Shown here piece after piece: positions 49,801 through 59,125 of a DNA stretch of 64,000 nucleotides; within the stretch, counting starts at the first letter, position 1, and the number at the start of each line of letters is the position of its first letter. The DNA lies in IMG/VR virus record IMGVR_UViG_3300027763_000027, positions 107,917 to 171,916 of that record, one strand, 5' to 3'. This stretch comes from a virus. A model generated the notes under the pieces. The model saw only the letters and a program-made list of their open reading frames with translations, was not told the DNA's origin and ran no database searches. The position numbers and the translations under genes are program-made.

Positions 49801-52458
49801 ATTTTAACAAATGTAACATCTATTCAAAAAATTGCAATGTCTAGTGATGGTAAAATTCAAATTTTTGTAAGATATACTACAAGCGAATATAGCATATCTA
49901 GAGATTATGGAAAAACTTGGACAAACGGAACAGTAAATAGCACAAGTGGAGTAAAAGGAGTTGCAATAAGTAGCGATGGAAAATATATAACTATAGTTGG
50001 TGCGGGTAGCATGGATAGAATTTATACTTCTAGTAATTACGGATTAAATTGGACGACAATAGGATCAATCGGAACATGGAATTCAGTTACTATGAGTGCG
50101 GATGGAAAATTTCAAGCTGCTGTGGCAGGTGGAACAGGATACGTTTATATTTCAAACGATTACGGAAATACTTGGACTAGAAAAAATAACGCAGGATCTA
50201 GGCCTTGGTTGTCAATTTCTATGTCTAGTGATGGCAAATATATAGCTGCAACAACTAATGGTACTTACAATTATGTTTCTTATGATTATGGTGAAAATTG
50301 GATAGTTAGTTATATAAATAATCGAATAGGAGGATCTTATTATACTTGTAATGACATTGCGGTTAGCAGTAACGGTAAGTATATACTTACAGCTGCTCAA
50401 GGTCAATATATTTATGTTTCTAAAACTGAAGAAAAAGTAGATGGAAATCTTTATACAGATAATGTTTATGGTAATAATTTAGTTTATAGAAGCAGCAATC
50501 AAACTATTAGTGGAGTTAAGACTTTTGCTGATCGTCCAACAGTAAATGGAACGGGAATACTTTTAAGTGGCGAAATGATATTACCAAGCAATATTGTCTA
50601 TACTACTGGCTATCAAATTATAAGTGGCATGAAATCATTTAATGATCAATTAAATGCCATAAATGGATTCACTTCACAATCAGTATCTTATTTTAACAAT
50701 ACTGTTATATTAGGAGAACAAGATACTTTTAATAATATTGATGTGATATTATATGATGCTAACAATAATGAATATTATCAAAAAATTAATGCAGTTGAGC
50801 ATTTGTTTAATTTACAATCATTTAATGGTCAAACTGGATTCGCAATTGATATAACTGGCGGCGAAATATTTCATTATAATAGTGGATATCAAAACAAAAT
50901 ATCAAATATTTACTTTAAATCTGGAGCAATTGATTTAAATAATAATAATTTAATAAATGCTCGTAATTTAGTTTATAATACTGGAAATCAAACTATAAGC
51001 GGCGAAAAAACTTTCAAAACTCGCCCAACCGTAAATGGAAGTGGAGTGTTTTTAATAGGTGATAGTTTAGCGAATTTGCCTTCATCGTCAGATACAATAA
51101 ATGTTAAAACTGGAAATTTTTATCAACTTAATACTGATAATCTTGTCGTAAGTGGAACAGCTACTTTTAATAATATTAATTTATCAGAAATCGATAGCGT
51201 TTATGTTTCTGGAGCAGATGTAGTCATAGACTATTCTGGTAATGACTTTTTCAAAATTACCCCAACTGGCATTTTATCAAATTTACCAATTGTTTTTGGA
51301 AATAATAATGTTAATAGTGGAGCCAGTAGTAATTCTATTTTTGGAGGTTATTTTAATACGATAGGAAGAACAAACAGAGATAGTTTCATTATACATGCGG
51401 GTGCAAATAGTATAACTTCAAATTCTGGATCGTGGAATACTATTAATGGAGGAAAAAACAACGACATAACTTCTGGAAGTAATAATTATATTTTTGGGGG
51501 CCTTGCTAATGAAATAAAAGGAGAAAATTCATATATAATGGGTGGAGAGTTTAATTTTATTTCTGGATCATTTCAAAAATTATTTACATATGGAGGAACT
51601 GCTATTGGAGATTATTCATCTTTAATTGGTGGAACTTTCAATACGATCCATGGAGGACAACAAAATTTAATTTTAGGTGGAAATTATAATGATATATTTA
51701 CAAGTGCAACAACAGGAATTAATACTATAATAAATAGTTGGAGATCAGCTATCCAGGAGTCATCTAAAACAAATCTAATTATAAATGGAGCATATAATAA
51801 CGCTTCTGGAGATTATAATTCAATTATAAACGGATTTTATAATAAAAATTATGGAAGGTATAATAATGTTCTTAATGGCTATGATAATACAATAAGCGGC
51901 GCATATTCTACAATAATTAATGGAAAAAACAACATTCTTAATGGTAGCAGTTCGACTGTATTGTGCGGTTCAGATAATACTATATCCAAAGATGGTTCCG
52001 CAGTGATAGGAAATAAAAATTATATTGATCATAGTGGAGCTGTTCTCATTTCAGATTCTACTTCTAGAGGAAAATATTCAAAAGACACTAATTCATTATC
52101 TATAGATTTTGCTAACGGGGTTTATTTAGAAAATCAAGTTTCTATTTATGATTTAAGGCTTAGAAATAAAAAATATACAGATTATAGTTATCGAAGTAGT
52201 GATTTTGTATTTTCTACTTATATGAATATCGTGAACAGTACTTCGCCCGTTAATGCTATATTAACATTTGTAGAAGATACTAAAAACTTTTTTGTTAAAA
52301 ATATAAATTCTGGGGTACTAAATATAACTTCTAATTATTTAATTGATGGCCAACCCTCAATTACTTTATATAAAAATGAAAGTGCAGAATTTATGGGGAT
52401 TATGCGAAACGATTATACTGGTTGGGTAATAATTGGTGGAAATCAAGGAATAAATTAA
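46846..52458 (+). CDS. Large fibre/receptor-binding-like protein with BNR beta-propeller
   Basis: 1870 aa; QTISGxKTF repeats, SxDYGxTW (BNR) repeats, GGxxNxI beta-solenoid-like region. Confidence 0.75.
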   Translation: MSKIPNSINVGQQIAPNYTDDTFALFDPIYGIGGLREVASLTERNNISAERLRIGMLVYVTSENKFYRLVSFSENQNPPYDIITNWENVIFLNNSEQTISGTKTFASRPNVNGTGFVLSGETLTLPTTVAYTTGDQTLSGTKTFASRPNVNGTGFLLSGEVLTLPTTIVYTTGAQTLSGTKTFASRPNVNGTGFVLSGETLTLPTTVAYTTGDQTLSGTKTFASRPNVNGTGFLLNGEVIGLINGIQTFSGAKTFNVRPNVNGTGFLLSGEVLTLPTTIVYTTGAQTLSGNKTFSNQIVFGNENGRGGFISGSTNGGDSSLVINADGPEAKYIYLNASPASMRLGEDGIHFNAGNEDLSINGADSVLIYGNGDVYAPNMSAYFKNANINNLLNITDTGNYQVGYISGYTQENGEVTRLYITANGGLEKNLILSAEGQSLTIGRDGGLNYGNNTFVINGNGEDLTIQNADVYVQRNAYASNLVYNVGDQIISGNKTFLDNILINNLTVTGTRTIANTEENNIDSNYLLLNITGGITNGGIYFVTGAGFSGVNSSGPIIAYDANINKFRIGTGIRSTNINSLKTIAAVEDVVTLAGNQTISGVKSFSDQIKFLREGAAYPFNPTISGGASIDNEPTLDIDAFKLNLRAGYNKSEYIELGGEEGRLNINTVADTSTFNLGTVHNASSNLSYNISSPSINLYGQVNGQTGTFQKLYADNLVYNTGNQTVSGFKNFPDGITSITEDGYPASTTLGYGGITIFNGDGNNTVLDNGSLRCQTEAFTIKTEDYDPLYLGTNNQNRLTITPDGNIGIGTDDPSEKLEVVGNIKADNLVYNVGDQIISGNKNFTNGLNINNNPLFYSQPSGFFSGVAVTGSGDGGYFIGKTKISQNTLILKDESFGKNHVTKQSIRNWQSVAISADGKYQTAVTNIAGSIYISNDYGDTWQEKGPVLSWFRIAMSSCGKYQTASTYNSPFGDLYISDNYGHTWTQILTNVTSIQKIAMSSDGKIQIFVRYTTSEYSISRDYGKTWTNGTVNSTSGVKGVAISSDGKYITIVGAGSMDRIYTSSNYGLNWTTIGSIGTWNSVTMSADGKFQAAVAGGTGYVYISNDYGNTWTRKNNAGSRPWLSISMSSDGKYIAATTNGTYNYVSYDYGENWIVSYINNRIGGSYYTCNDIAVSSNGKYILTAAQGQYIYVSKTEEKVDGNLYTDNVYGNNLVYRSSNQTISGVKTFADRPTVNGTGILLSGEMILPSNIVYTTGYQIISGMKSFNDQLNAINGFTSQSVSYFNNTVILGEQDTFNNIDVILYDANNNEYYQKINAVEHLFNLQSFNGQTGFAIDITGGEIFHYNSGYQNKISNIYFKSGAIDLNNNNLINARNLVYNTGNQTISGEKTFKTRPTVNGSGVFLIGDSLANLPSSSDTINVKTGNFYQLNTDNLVVSGTATFNNINLSEIDSVYVSGADVVIDYSGNDFFKITPTGILSNLPIVFGNNNVNSGASSNSIFGGYFNTIGRTNRDSFIIHAGANSITSNSGSWNTINGGKNNDITSGSNNYIFGGLANEIKGENSYIMGGEFNFISGSFQKLFTYGGTAIGDYSSLIGGTFNTIHGGQQNLILGGNYNDIFTSATTGINTIINSWRSAIQESSKTNLIINGAYNNASGDYNSIINGFYNKNYGRYNNVLNGYDNTISGAYSTIINGKNNILNGSSSTVLCGSDNTISKDGSAVIGNKNYIDHSGAVLISDSTSRGKYSKDTNSLSIDFANGVYLENQVSIYDLRLRNKKYTDYSYRSSDFVFSTYMNIVNSTSPVNAILTFVEDTKNFFVKNINSGVLNITSNYLIDGQPSITLYKNESAEFMGIMRNDYTGWVIIGGNQGIN
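47133..47730 (+). repeat. 117-bp (39-aa) coding tandem repeat
   Basis: QTLSGTKTFASRPNVNGTGFxLSGExLTLPTTxxYTTG, about 5 copies. Confidence 0.9.
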
Positions 52459-52459
52459 T

Positions 52460-53137
52460 ATGGCTTATTTAAATAACAAATTAAATTCTGCAAATTATGT
52501 TACAGTAAAAGTAACGGACGATGCAATTATTAATGGGGATAATTTACTTTTAACTTATTCTTACGCTAAAATTTCAACACCAAACAACAGTGCATTATCT
52601 TCTTCTAATAGACTAGCTATTATTCTGCCCCCAGCGATTTATGATCTGAACAATAGCTTATTTCCATTTTTATATTTAGATACTCAATATGTAGATATTA
52701 TAGGTAGCACAAATGATAAATCTAAGCATCATATTAAAAGTAACTTTGCGGAACCTTATTATGGTACTTTAATACAAGAAGCAAATGACGTTAAATTAAT
52801 TAATCTAACTGTAGAAAATACAAATACGACGTATCAATTAGTTGGTGATACAGCAGATATATCGAGCTATTCTCCTAACGATAATTTGAATCTAACATAT
52901 ATAGAAAATGTAGAATTTAAATCAGATATAAATCATTGTTACCCCATGAGAACTTTTGGTTATTATGATGGCACATATATAAATGTCACAGCAGGAGATT
53001 TTTCATTTGGGTACAAAGGTGGAGCAAATGGAGTTTTTGAAAATTGTAAAGGTGGAAGTTTTTCATTTGGCACGCTTGGCGAAGCAAATGGAGTTTTTAA
53101 AAATTGTCATGGAGGGGATAGATCTTTTAATTTATAA
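52460..53137 (+). CDS. Putative virion/fibre-associated protein
   Basis: C-terminal GxFxNCxGGxxSF repeats. Confidence 0.55.
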   Translation: MAYLNNKLNSANYVTVKVTDDAIINGDNLLLTYSYAKISTPNNSALSSSNRLAIILPPAIYDLNNSLFPFLYLDTQYVDIIGSTNDKSKHHIKSNFAEPYYGTLIQEANDVKLINLTVENTNTTYQLVGDTADISSYSPNDNLNLTYIENVEFKSDINHCYPMRTFGYYDGTYINVTAGDFSFGYKGGANGVFENCKGGSFSFGTLGEANGVFKNCHGGDRSFNL

Positions 53138-53169
53138 TAATAAATTATAGTGTAATATATAAAAATACA

Positions 53170-56100
53170 ATGAGCAATCAAATATTTTATATCTCAGGAA
53201 ACAAAAAATTTTATATAAATGAAAATTCTGGAGTTTTAGTTTTAAATAATTTAAATTTAGATTCTCCAATAGTTTTTAATAATAATCTTTTTCACTCATC
53301 TCAAGCAAGTGGATATCTTACTGGAGTAGGGTATACTGGAAATTATGATGGCGGGTATTTCTTAGGTAAAAGAAAAATATCTCAAAATACAATTAGATTA
53401 ATAGATAGTAGTTTTGGTAGCACTTGGGTCTCCAAAGAGAGTAGTAGGCAATGGACTAGTATATCAATCAGTAGCGATGGCAAATATCAAAGCGCAGTTG
53501 TTTTTCCTGGACAAATTTACGTTTCCTCAGACCATGGAAATACTTGGGTCGCTAAAGAGAGCAGTAGGCAATGGATTAGTATTTCAATCAGTAGCGATGG
53601 CAAATATCAAAGCGCGGTTAGTCTTTCTGAACAAATTTACGTTTCATCAGACTATGGAAACACTTGGGTCGCTAAAGAGAGTAGTAGGCAATGGAGTAGT
53701 ATTTCAATCAGTAGCGATGGCAAATATCAAAGCGCAGTTGTTGGTAATGGACAAATTTACGTTTCATCAGACTATGGAAACACTTGGGTCGCTAAAGATA
53801 GCGCCAGAGGTTGGCGCAATATTTCAATCAGTAGCGATGGCAAATATCAAAGCGCGGTTAGTTTTTCTGAACAAATTTACGTTTCATCAGACTATGGAAA
53901 CACTTGGGTCGCTAAAGAGAGCAGTAGGCAATGGAGTAGTATTTCAATCAGTAGCGATGGCAAATATCAAACTGCTGTAGCAAACAACGAGTTCGTTTAC
54001 ATTTCCTCAGACTATGGAAACACTTGGGTTGCTAAAGGGAGTAGTAGAAGATGGAGTAGTATTTCAATCAGTAGCGATGGCAAATATCAGAGCGCTGTTG
54101 TTGGTAATGGACAAATTTACGTTTCATCAGACTATGGAAACACTTGGGTTGCTAAAGGGAGTAGTAGGCAATGGAGTAGTATTTCAATCAGTAGCGATGG
54201 CAAATATCAAAGCGCAGTTAGTTTTCCTGGACAAATTGACGTTTCTAAAACAGATGAATTAATAGATGGAAATCTTTATGCTAACAACTTAGTTTATAAT
54301 ACTGGCAATCAATTTATTAGTGGAACTAAAATTTTTACTAATCCCATATATTTTACTAGTGGAGATAATTATCCATACCCAGAAGATATTTACAATGGAG
54401 ATGGTCTTGGAAAAGCTGGTGGAAGCATAGATCTTCGTGGAGGTGATGGAGGAGGAGATGGATGGGCAGGATTTGGTGGATCGATTTCTTTAAGAGGATC
54501 AGATGGAAACGATGGCCAAGGAGGAAATGGAGGATCAATTTCTATGAATGGAGCCCAGCACGATGGTTATGCTGGAAGTATAAATACAGATGGTGGATAT
54601 GACCGTCCTGGAGGATCTATAAATACTTCAAATGGTGGTGGATCTATAGATTTAAGAGGTGGAGCTAGGTTAGATTCTATAGGAGGAGATGGGGGGAGTA
54701 TATCCTTAAGAGGAGCTGATGGAAATGATTTTAATGGAGCTGGTCATGGTGGATCTATTACGGCTGATGGAACTGCTGGTGGCGGAGGAGGTAATGGACC
54801 AGCAAACGGTGGTTCATTAAATATGTCTGCTGGAGATTATATTGGAGCACATGGTGGCTCTATTAATACTTCTATTATAGGTGGGTCAATTATTACAAAA
54901 GGTTTTATCAACCATGATACTCCAAATTATACTTTATATTCTGGTGGTTCAATTAATACATCAGCATCAAATAGTTTTTCTGGTGGCTCAATTGATCTTT
55001 CAAGTAATGGTGGAGCAAATTTTTCAATAAAATCAGCAAATCTTCCAAATGAAGCGGATGGTTCAATTTATAACAAAATAAATGATAGATTTTATATTCG
55101 CAAAAGTGGAGTTTGGGAAGAAGTAATAACAAATAATGGCAATCAAACTATAAGTGGAGTTAAAACTTTTGCTTCTCGCCCAACTGTAAATGGTACTGGA
55201 GTTTTATTAAGTGGAGATATTCCGTATGTTCAAACCAATTCATATTTCTATGTTGATGCCACTAGAACAGATTCATATATTGAAAATGGAAATATTTTAT
55301 ATCCATATAAAACTTTAAGTAGCGCTTACAATGCAGCAAAAAATATTGCATCTTTTAATAACCCAACTTATATAACGCTTCTTAGTCCAATAGCTGAAAA
55401 TTTAACTATAGATAAAGGATATATTAATTTAGTAGGAAATAATACAAATAAAAATGATCCAATTAGAATAACTGGCTCATTAGTTTTTGCAGCTACTGGT
55501 ATTGGTTCAACTATAACAGATAATAATTTTTCAATAGCTGGGTTAGGAGTAACGGCCACTTCAAATAATAAATGTATATTATTTTCTGGAAATCACCCTC
55601 AAAGATTGTTTATTCAAGATTGTTGGTTGATAGCAAAAGATAATGGAACTTGTTTATATTCAAATAATACAAATACAACTTCAAGATTGCAAGGAGATAT
55701 ATTAAAACTTAGTCCAGAAGGAGTAAATACAACAGCAATTGATATAGTAAGTGGAACATCTTCGATTTCTTTTGCTGAGACTAGTAGTTCTGCAAGTGTT
55801 TTAGCTTACGTTAGAAATAATAGTACTTTAAATATAAGTAACTCTCAAATAGAAACAGCTGGAGTAAAAGCTTTTCAAGTTGAAAACGCTGCTAGATTAA
55901 CTTTATTAAATAGCGTGCTAACAAATACAGCGAATACTTCGACTGGAATATTTTTAACAAATGCAGGTTCTACAGCAGTAGTAGTTGGTTCAGCAATTTC
56001 TGTTCCAGCAAACGCTAATAGTTATGCTATAAATGGAGTAGCTAATTCTTATCTTTTTTATAAAAATCTTTATTTTAGTATAAATGCTGTTGGCCAAAGC

Positions 56101-57564
56101 ACAGAATCAAAAATTGGAAATAATATTAATAAAAATTTAATTAATTCATATGATCCAGTAGTTTATAGTATAGGTAATCAAACTATTAGTGGGATTAAAT
56201 CTTTTATATCAGGAAATTTTGATGATTTAACTTTAAATAATACATTAGGTGAGGCTAAAATAAAATTTGGAAGAGATGATTGGTATTTAGCATGTAATGG
56301 TGGAGATCCTATTTATTATCTTAATGGACCTAGTCTAATTACATTAGATGCATATAATGGAGGCATTGGCTTAAACGGTCTATTTCTTTCTTTTAACCAA
56401 TATAATCTTGCTACATATTTCGGTGATAAGGGCGAATATGTAGACTTCGGATTGAAAGATAAATCCATAAAATTTTGGGATTATAATTCTAGTCTAGATC
56501 AAGTAGAACCTAATACACAATACAATTTTAAATCTGGAGTTAGTGGCTCTATTCCAGTTGACAGTGAAGTTGTTCATAAAACTGGAGATGAAACTATTTC
56601 TGGAATTAAAACTTTTGCTTCTCCAATATATTTTATTAGTGGAGAGGTTGGTGGTGGCTCAATTACGATGTTTGGAAATCTAGGAGAATACGGATTGTAT
56701 CCTTCTATTGCTGGTTCAATCGATTTAAGTGCAGGAGTAGGTGGCGATGGTGGAAGCATTAACTTGCGAGGTTCACAAGACGCCGATGAAGGTAATAAGT
56801 CATCTGGAGGAAGTATAGACTTAAGCGCAGGAGCTGCAGATGGAAGTCCTGGTGGCTCAATAATATCTATAGGTGGTGCAGGAGGTAGTCCAGGTGGAAC
56901 TTTAAATATGTCAGGGGGCGAGATCGGCGGGGGCGGTTCAATAACTACTTCTAATGAGGGGGGCTCAATAACTACTTCTAATGAGGGGGGCTCAATCAAT
57001 ACCTCAAATGGTGGTGGCAGTATCAATACGGAAGCTGGTGGCGCAATCAACACCTCAAATGGTGGCGCAATCAACACCTCAAGTGCTGGTGGCAGTATCA
57101 GCACCGCAAATGGTGGTGGCAGTATCAATACGGAAGGCCGCGGTTTTATTGAGCTTGGGTCAGGCGATACAAGAACTACTCTGAATGGTAGAGCACTTTA
57201 TACTTCCAACTTTCCACCAGATCATATCGACGGAATAGTGCAGGGGCCGCAGACGATCAATCTTCCCGATACCAGTGGGACTTTGCCCATTGCTTTGATT
57301 AGTGCATCTACGGCACTTAATTTTGGAAGTATTAACGGTAACGGTGCTTTTGCTGATTTAACCATAACACTTGCTGGGGCGGTCACTACTGATGTAGTTT
57401 TTGTTACTTGTTTGAATGGACGAGGAGCTACGGATGGACAACTTATCTTTGAAGCGTTTGTATCCGCTACGGACACGGTTACTGTTAGAGCGCATAATCC
57501 GCATAATAATGCAATCAACCCAGCATCCTATAATTTTAGAGTGGGGATTATCAGAATCTCATGA
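53170..57564 (+). CDS. Large fibre/receptor-binding-like protein: BNR propeller, Gly-rich GGSI repeats, beta-helix-like region
   Basis: 1464 aa; seven 40-aa BNR repeats; GGSI(N/D) repeats; NGNILYPYKTLSSA beta-helix start motif. Confidence 0.75.
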   Translation: MSNQIFYISGNKKFYINENSGVLVLNNLNLDSPIVFNNNLFHSSQASGYLTGVGYTGNYDGGYFLGKRKISQNTIRLIDSSFGSTWVSKESSRQWTSISISSDGKYQSAVVFPGQIYVSSDHGNTWVAKESSRQWISISISSDGKYQSAVSLSEQIYVSSDYGNTWVAKESSRQWSSISISSDGKYQSAVVGNGQIYVSSDYGNTWVAKDSARGWRNISISSDGKYQSAVSFSEQIYVSSDYGNTWVAKESSRQWSSISISSDGKYQTAVANNEFVYISSDYGNTWVAKGSSRRWSSISISSDGKYQSAVVGNGQIYVSSDYGNTWVAKGSSRQWSSISISSDGKYQSAVSFPGQIDVSKTDELIDGNLYANNLVYNTGNQFISGTKIFTNPIYFTSGDNYPYPEDIYNGDGLGKAGGSIDLRGGDGGGDGWAGFGGSISLRGSDGNDGQGGNGGSISMNGAQHDGYAGSINTDGGYDRPGGSINTSNGGGSIDLRGGARLDSIGGDGGSISLRGADGNDFNGAGHGGSITADGTAGGGGGNGPANGGSLNMSAGDYIGAHGGSINTSIIGGSIITKGFINHDTPNYTLYSGGSINTSASNSFSGGSIDLSSNGGANFSIKSANLPNEADGSIYNKINDRFYIRKSGVWEEVITNNGNQTISGVKTFASRPTVNGTGVLLSGDIPYVQTNSYFYVDATRTDSYIENGNILYPYKTLSSAYNAAKNIASFNNPTYITLLSPIAENLTIDKGYINLVGNNTNKNDPIRITGSLVFAATGIGSTITDNNFSIAGLGVTATSNNKCILFSGNHPQRLFIQDCWLIAKDNGTCLYSNNTNTTSRLQGDILKLSPEGVNTTAIDIVSGTSSISFAETSSSASVLAYVRNNSTLNISNSQIETAGVKAFQVENAARLTLLNSVLTNTANTSTGIFLTNAGSTAVVVGSAISVPANANSYAINGVANSYLFYKNLYFSINAVGQSTESKIGNNINKNLINSYDPVVYSIGNQTISGIKSFISGNFDDLTLNNTLGEAKIKFGRDDWYLACNGGDPIYYLNGPSLITLDAYNGGIGLNGLFLSFNQYNLATYFGDKGEYVDFGLKDKSIKFWDYNSSLDQVEPNTQYNFKSGVSGSIPVDSEVVHKTGDETISGIKTFASPIYFISGEVGGGSITMFGNLGEYGLYPSIAGSIDLSAGVGGDGGSINLRGSQDADEGNKSSGGSIDLSAGAADGSPGGSIISIGGAGGSPGGTLNMSGGEIGGGGSITTSNEGGSITTSNEGGSINTSNGGGSINTEAGGAINTSNGGAINTSSAGGSISTANGGGSINTEGRGFIELGSGDTRTTLNGRALYTSNFPPDHIDGIVQGPQTINLPDTSGTLPIALISASTALNFGSINGNGAFADLTITLAGAVTTDVVFVTCLNGRGATDGQLIFEAFVSATDTVTVRAHNPHNNAINPASYNFRVGIIRIS
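53421..54250 (+). repeat. Seven 120-bp tandem repeats (BNR blades)
   Basis: ACTTGGGT recurs at 120-bp spacing from 53422 to 54142. Confidence 0.95.
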
Positions 57565-57798
57565 GCTACAACCGAGGCACCAACGACTGGCGCGATAAAT
57601 CCTCCAATTGATATTAATTTTGGAGATCAAGTTCAATTGGCTCTTAAAGTACCAAGTTATGCGACTGGCATGAGTGGGGTTATAAATTCAGTAGATGTTA
57701 CTTTCTTTTATTAATAGATTAGTATTAAAAATTATATTATAAATAATATTATATATTGAATGTTTTTCACATTATAATGTGTAATCTATTATGAAATT

Positions 57799-58080
57799 AT
57801 GCTATCTCATATATTTGGCCCCAATTGGAGATCCAGTATATCTGGAATATTAACTGTTGTAGCTGTATCTACTGCTATGTCGATACACATGGATCCATCA
57901 CTAGTATCTTTTTTACCAAATCACATAGAAAATTATATTGTAGCAATTTCAAGAATTGTAGCTGTTGTTAGCGGAATAATTTTTTCGCTCACAGTAAAAG
58001 ATGCAAAAGTCACAGGAGGCACAGTAGCTTCCACGACTGAAGCAGAAGAAAGAATACATCCACATGGAGATAATATATGA
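57799..58080 (+). CDS. Holin-like membrane protein
   Basis: Two TM segments; NWRSS..G and KDAKVTGG pattern. Confidence 0.55.
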   Translation: MLSHIFGPNWRSSISGILTVVAVSTAMSIHMDPSLVSFLPNHIENYIVAISRIVAVVSGIIFSLTVKDAKVTGGTVASTTEAEERIHPHGDNI

Positions 58081-58526
58081 ATAAATTACAATTAGCCGCA
58101 GTTGCTCTCTTGAGCGTATTTCTTGGTGCTTGTGCCACAACCCAAACTGGTCAAGTTGATCCAGCGACAAGTGTTTCAAATGCGCTACCATATGTTAAGC
58201 CAGCAGTTATATTAGCTTGTACCGTTGTTCTAGATCAAGCTGTTTCTGGGAATGACAGAATTGAAAAAGCTAAAATGATTAATCATGTTGCCGTTATCGT
58301 AGAAGGATTAACAGTTGGAACTGCGCCAACTCCAGAACAATTACAAAAAGCTTTAACAGATTATCTTCCAGAAGAAAAAACTCATTGGGTAAACTATGTT
58401 AGTATTATAAAAGATATTTATGCTCAACAATTTGCAAGATTAGATGGCAACACTACACTTGCTATTAAGGTACTTAACGCTATTGCATCTGGATGTAAAG
58501 ATGCGACAGCAAGTTACGTAGAGTAA
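58077..58526 (+). CDS. Lipoprotein
   Basis: Signal peptide with lipobox LGAC. Confidence 0.65.
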   Translation: MNKLQLAAVALLSVFLGACATTQTGQVDPATSVSNALPYVKPAVILACTVVLDQAVSGNDRIEKAKMINHVAVIVEGLTVGTAPTPEQLQKALTDYLPEEKTHWVNYVSIIKDIYAQQFARLDGNTTLAIKVLNAIASGCKDATASYVE

Positions 58527-58528
58527 TC

Positions 58529-58729
58529 ATGCCAACTGGAATAATCCAAGCTTTACTCTCCGCAGTATCTGGAATATTCGCAGCAATTAATAACGTATTC
58601 GGCGCGAAGAATACAAAAGAAATGAAAGAGCGTCAAGAAGCTCAAAAAGAAGTTGACCATCAAAGTGAAATAGAAAAAGAAATTAAGGAGAAAGACCTTG
58701 AAAAAGTTCGCAAGCGTATTAGTTCTTAA
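58529..58729 (+). CDS. Small membrane-anchored coiled-coil protein (i-spanin-like)
   Basis: N-terminal hydrophobic helix, charged coil, overlaps a downstream lipoprotein. Confidence 0.45.
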   Translation: MPTGIIQALLSAVSGIFAAINNVFGAKNTKEMKERQEAQKEVDHQSEIEKEIKEKDLEKVRKRISS

Positions 58730-59111
58730 TTTTTTTTTAATTGGTTGTGCTACAGTAACTCCAAATAAAATAGAAGATGACAAATCTTCTTATGATGCAA
58801 CTACTCCAAAACAATATGATAAAGATAATGGTGGATTAATATCTTTTACTTCAGATGGTGCATTAATCACTAGTCAAGCTCATGATCGTTATAATAATTT
58901 AATATCAATGTATAAAATTAAATTTAAAAAAGAAAAAGCAATAGAATTAAAAATAGACTCTGGCATTAAACCTTATAAAGATACTTTTAATAATGATCTT
59001 TATCTTATTGATAGCGAGCATCTTGTTTATTTTGGAGTTTTGAATAGTTGGTTAAAAGAAAAAGTCCCCCAAGATAATATCATAGATAAAGTAATAGATA
59101 AAGTAAATTAA
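58698..59111 (+). CDS. Lipoprotein (o-spanin-like position)
   Basis: Lipobox LIGC; overlaps the 3' end of the upstream gene. Confidence 0.5.
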   Translation: MKKFASVLVLNFFLIGCATVTPNKIEDDKSSYDATTPKQYDKDNGGLISFTSDGALITSQAHDRYNNLISMYKIKFKKEKAIELKIDSGIKPYKDTFNNDLYLIDSEHLVYFGVLNSWLKEKVPQDNIIDKVIDKVN

Positions 59112-59125
59112 TTTTAATTTAGTAT

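Noticed and set aside
53170-57564. Diversity-generating retroelement target
   Set aside because: No reverse transcriptase or TR/VR pair seen; repeat differences are not adenine-specific
36755-57564. Stop-codon reassignment or introns/inteins in core genes
   Set aside because: Terminase, portal, capsid and fibre genes are long and intact in the standard code, and no suppressor tRNA is seen
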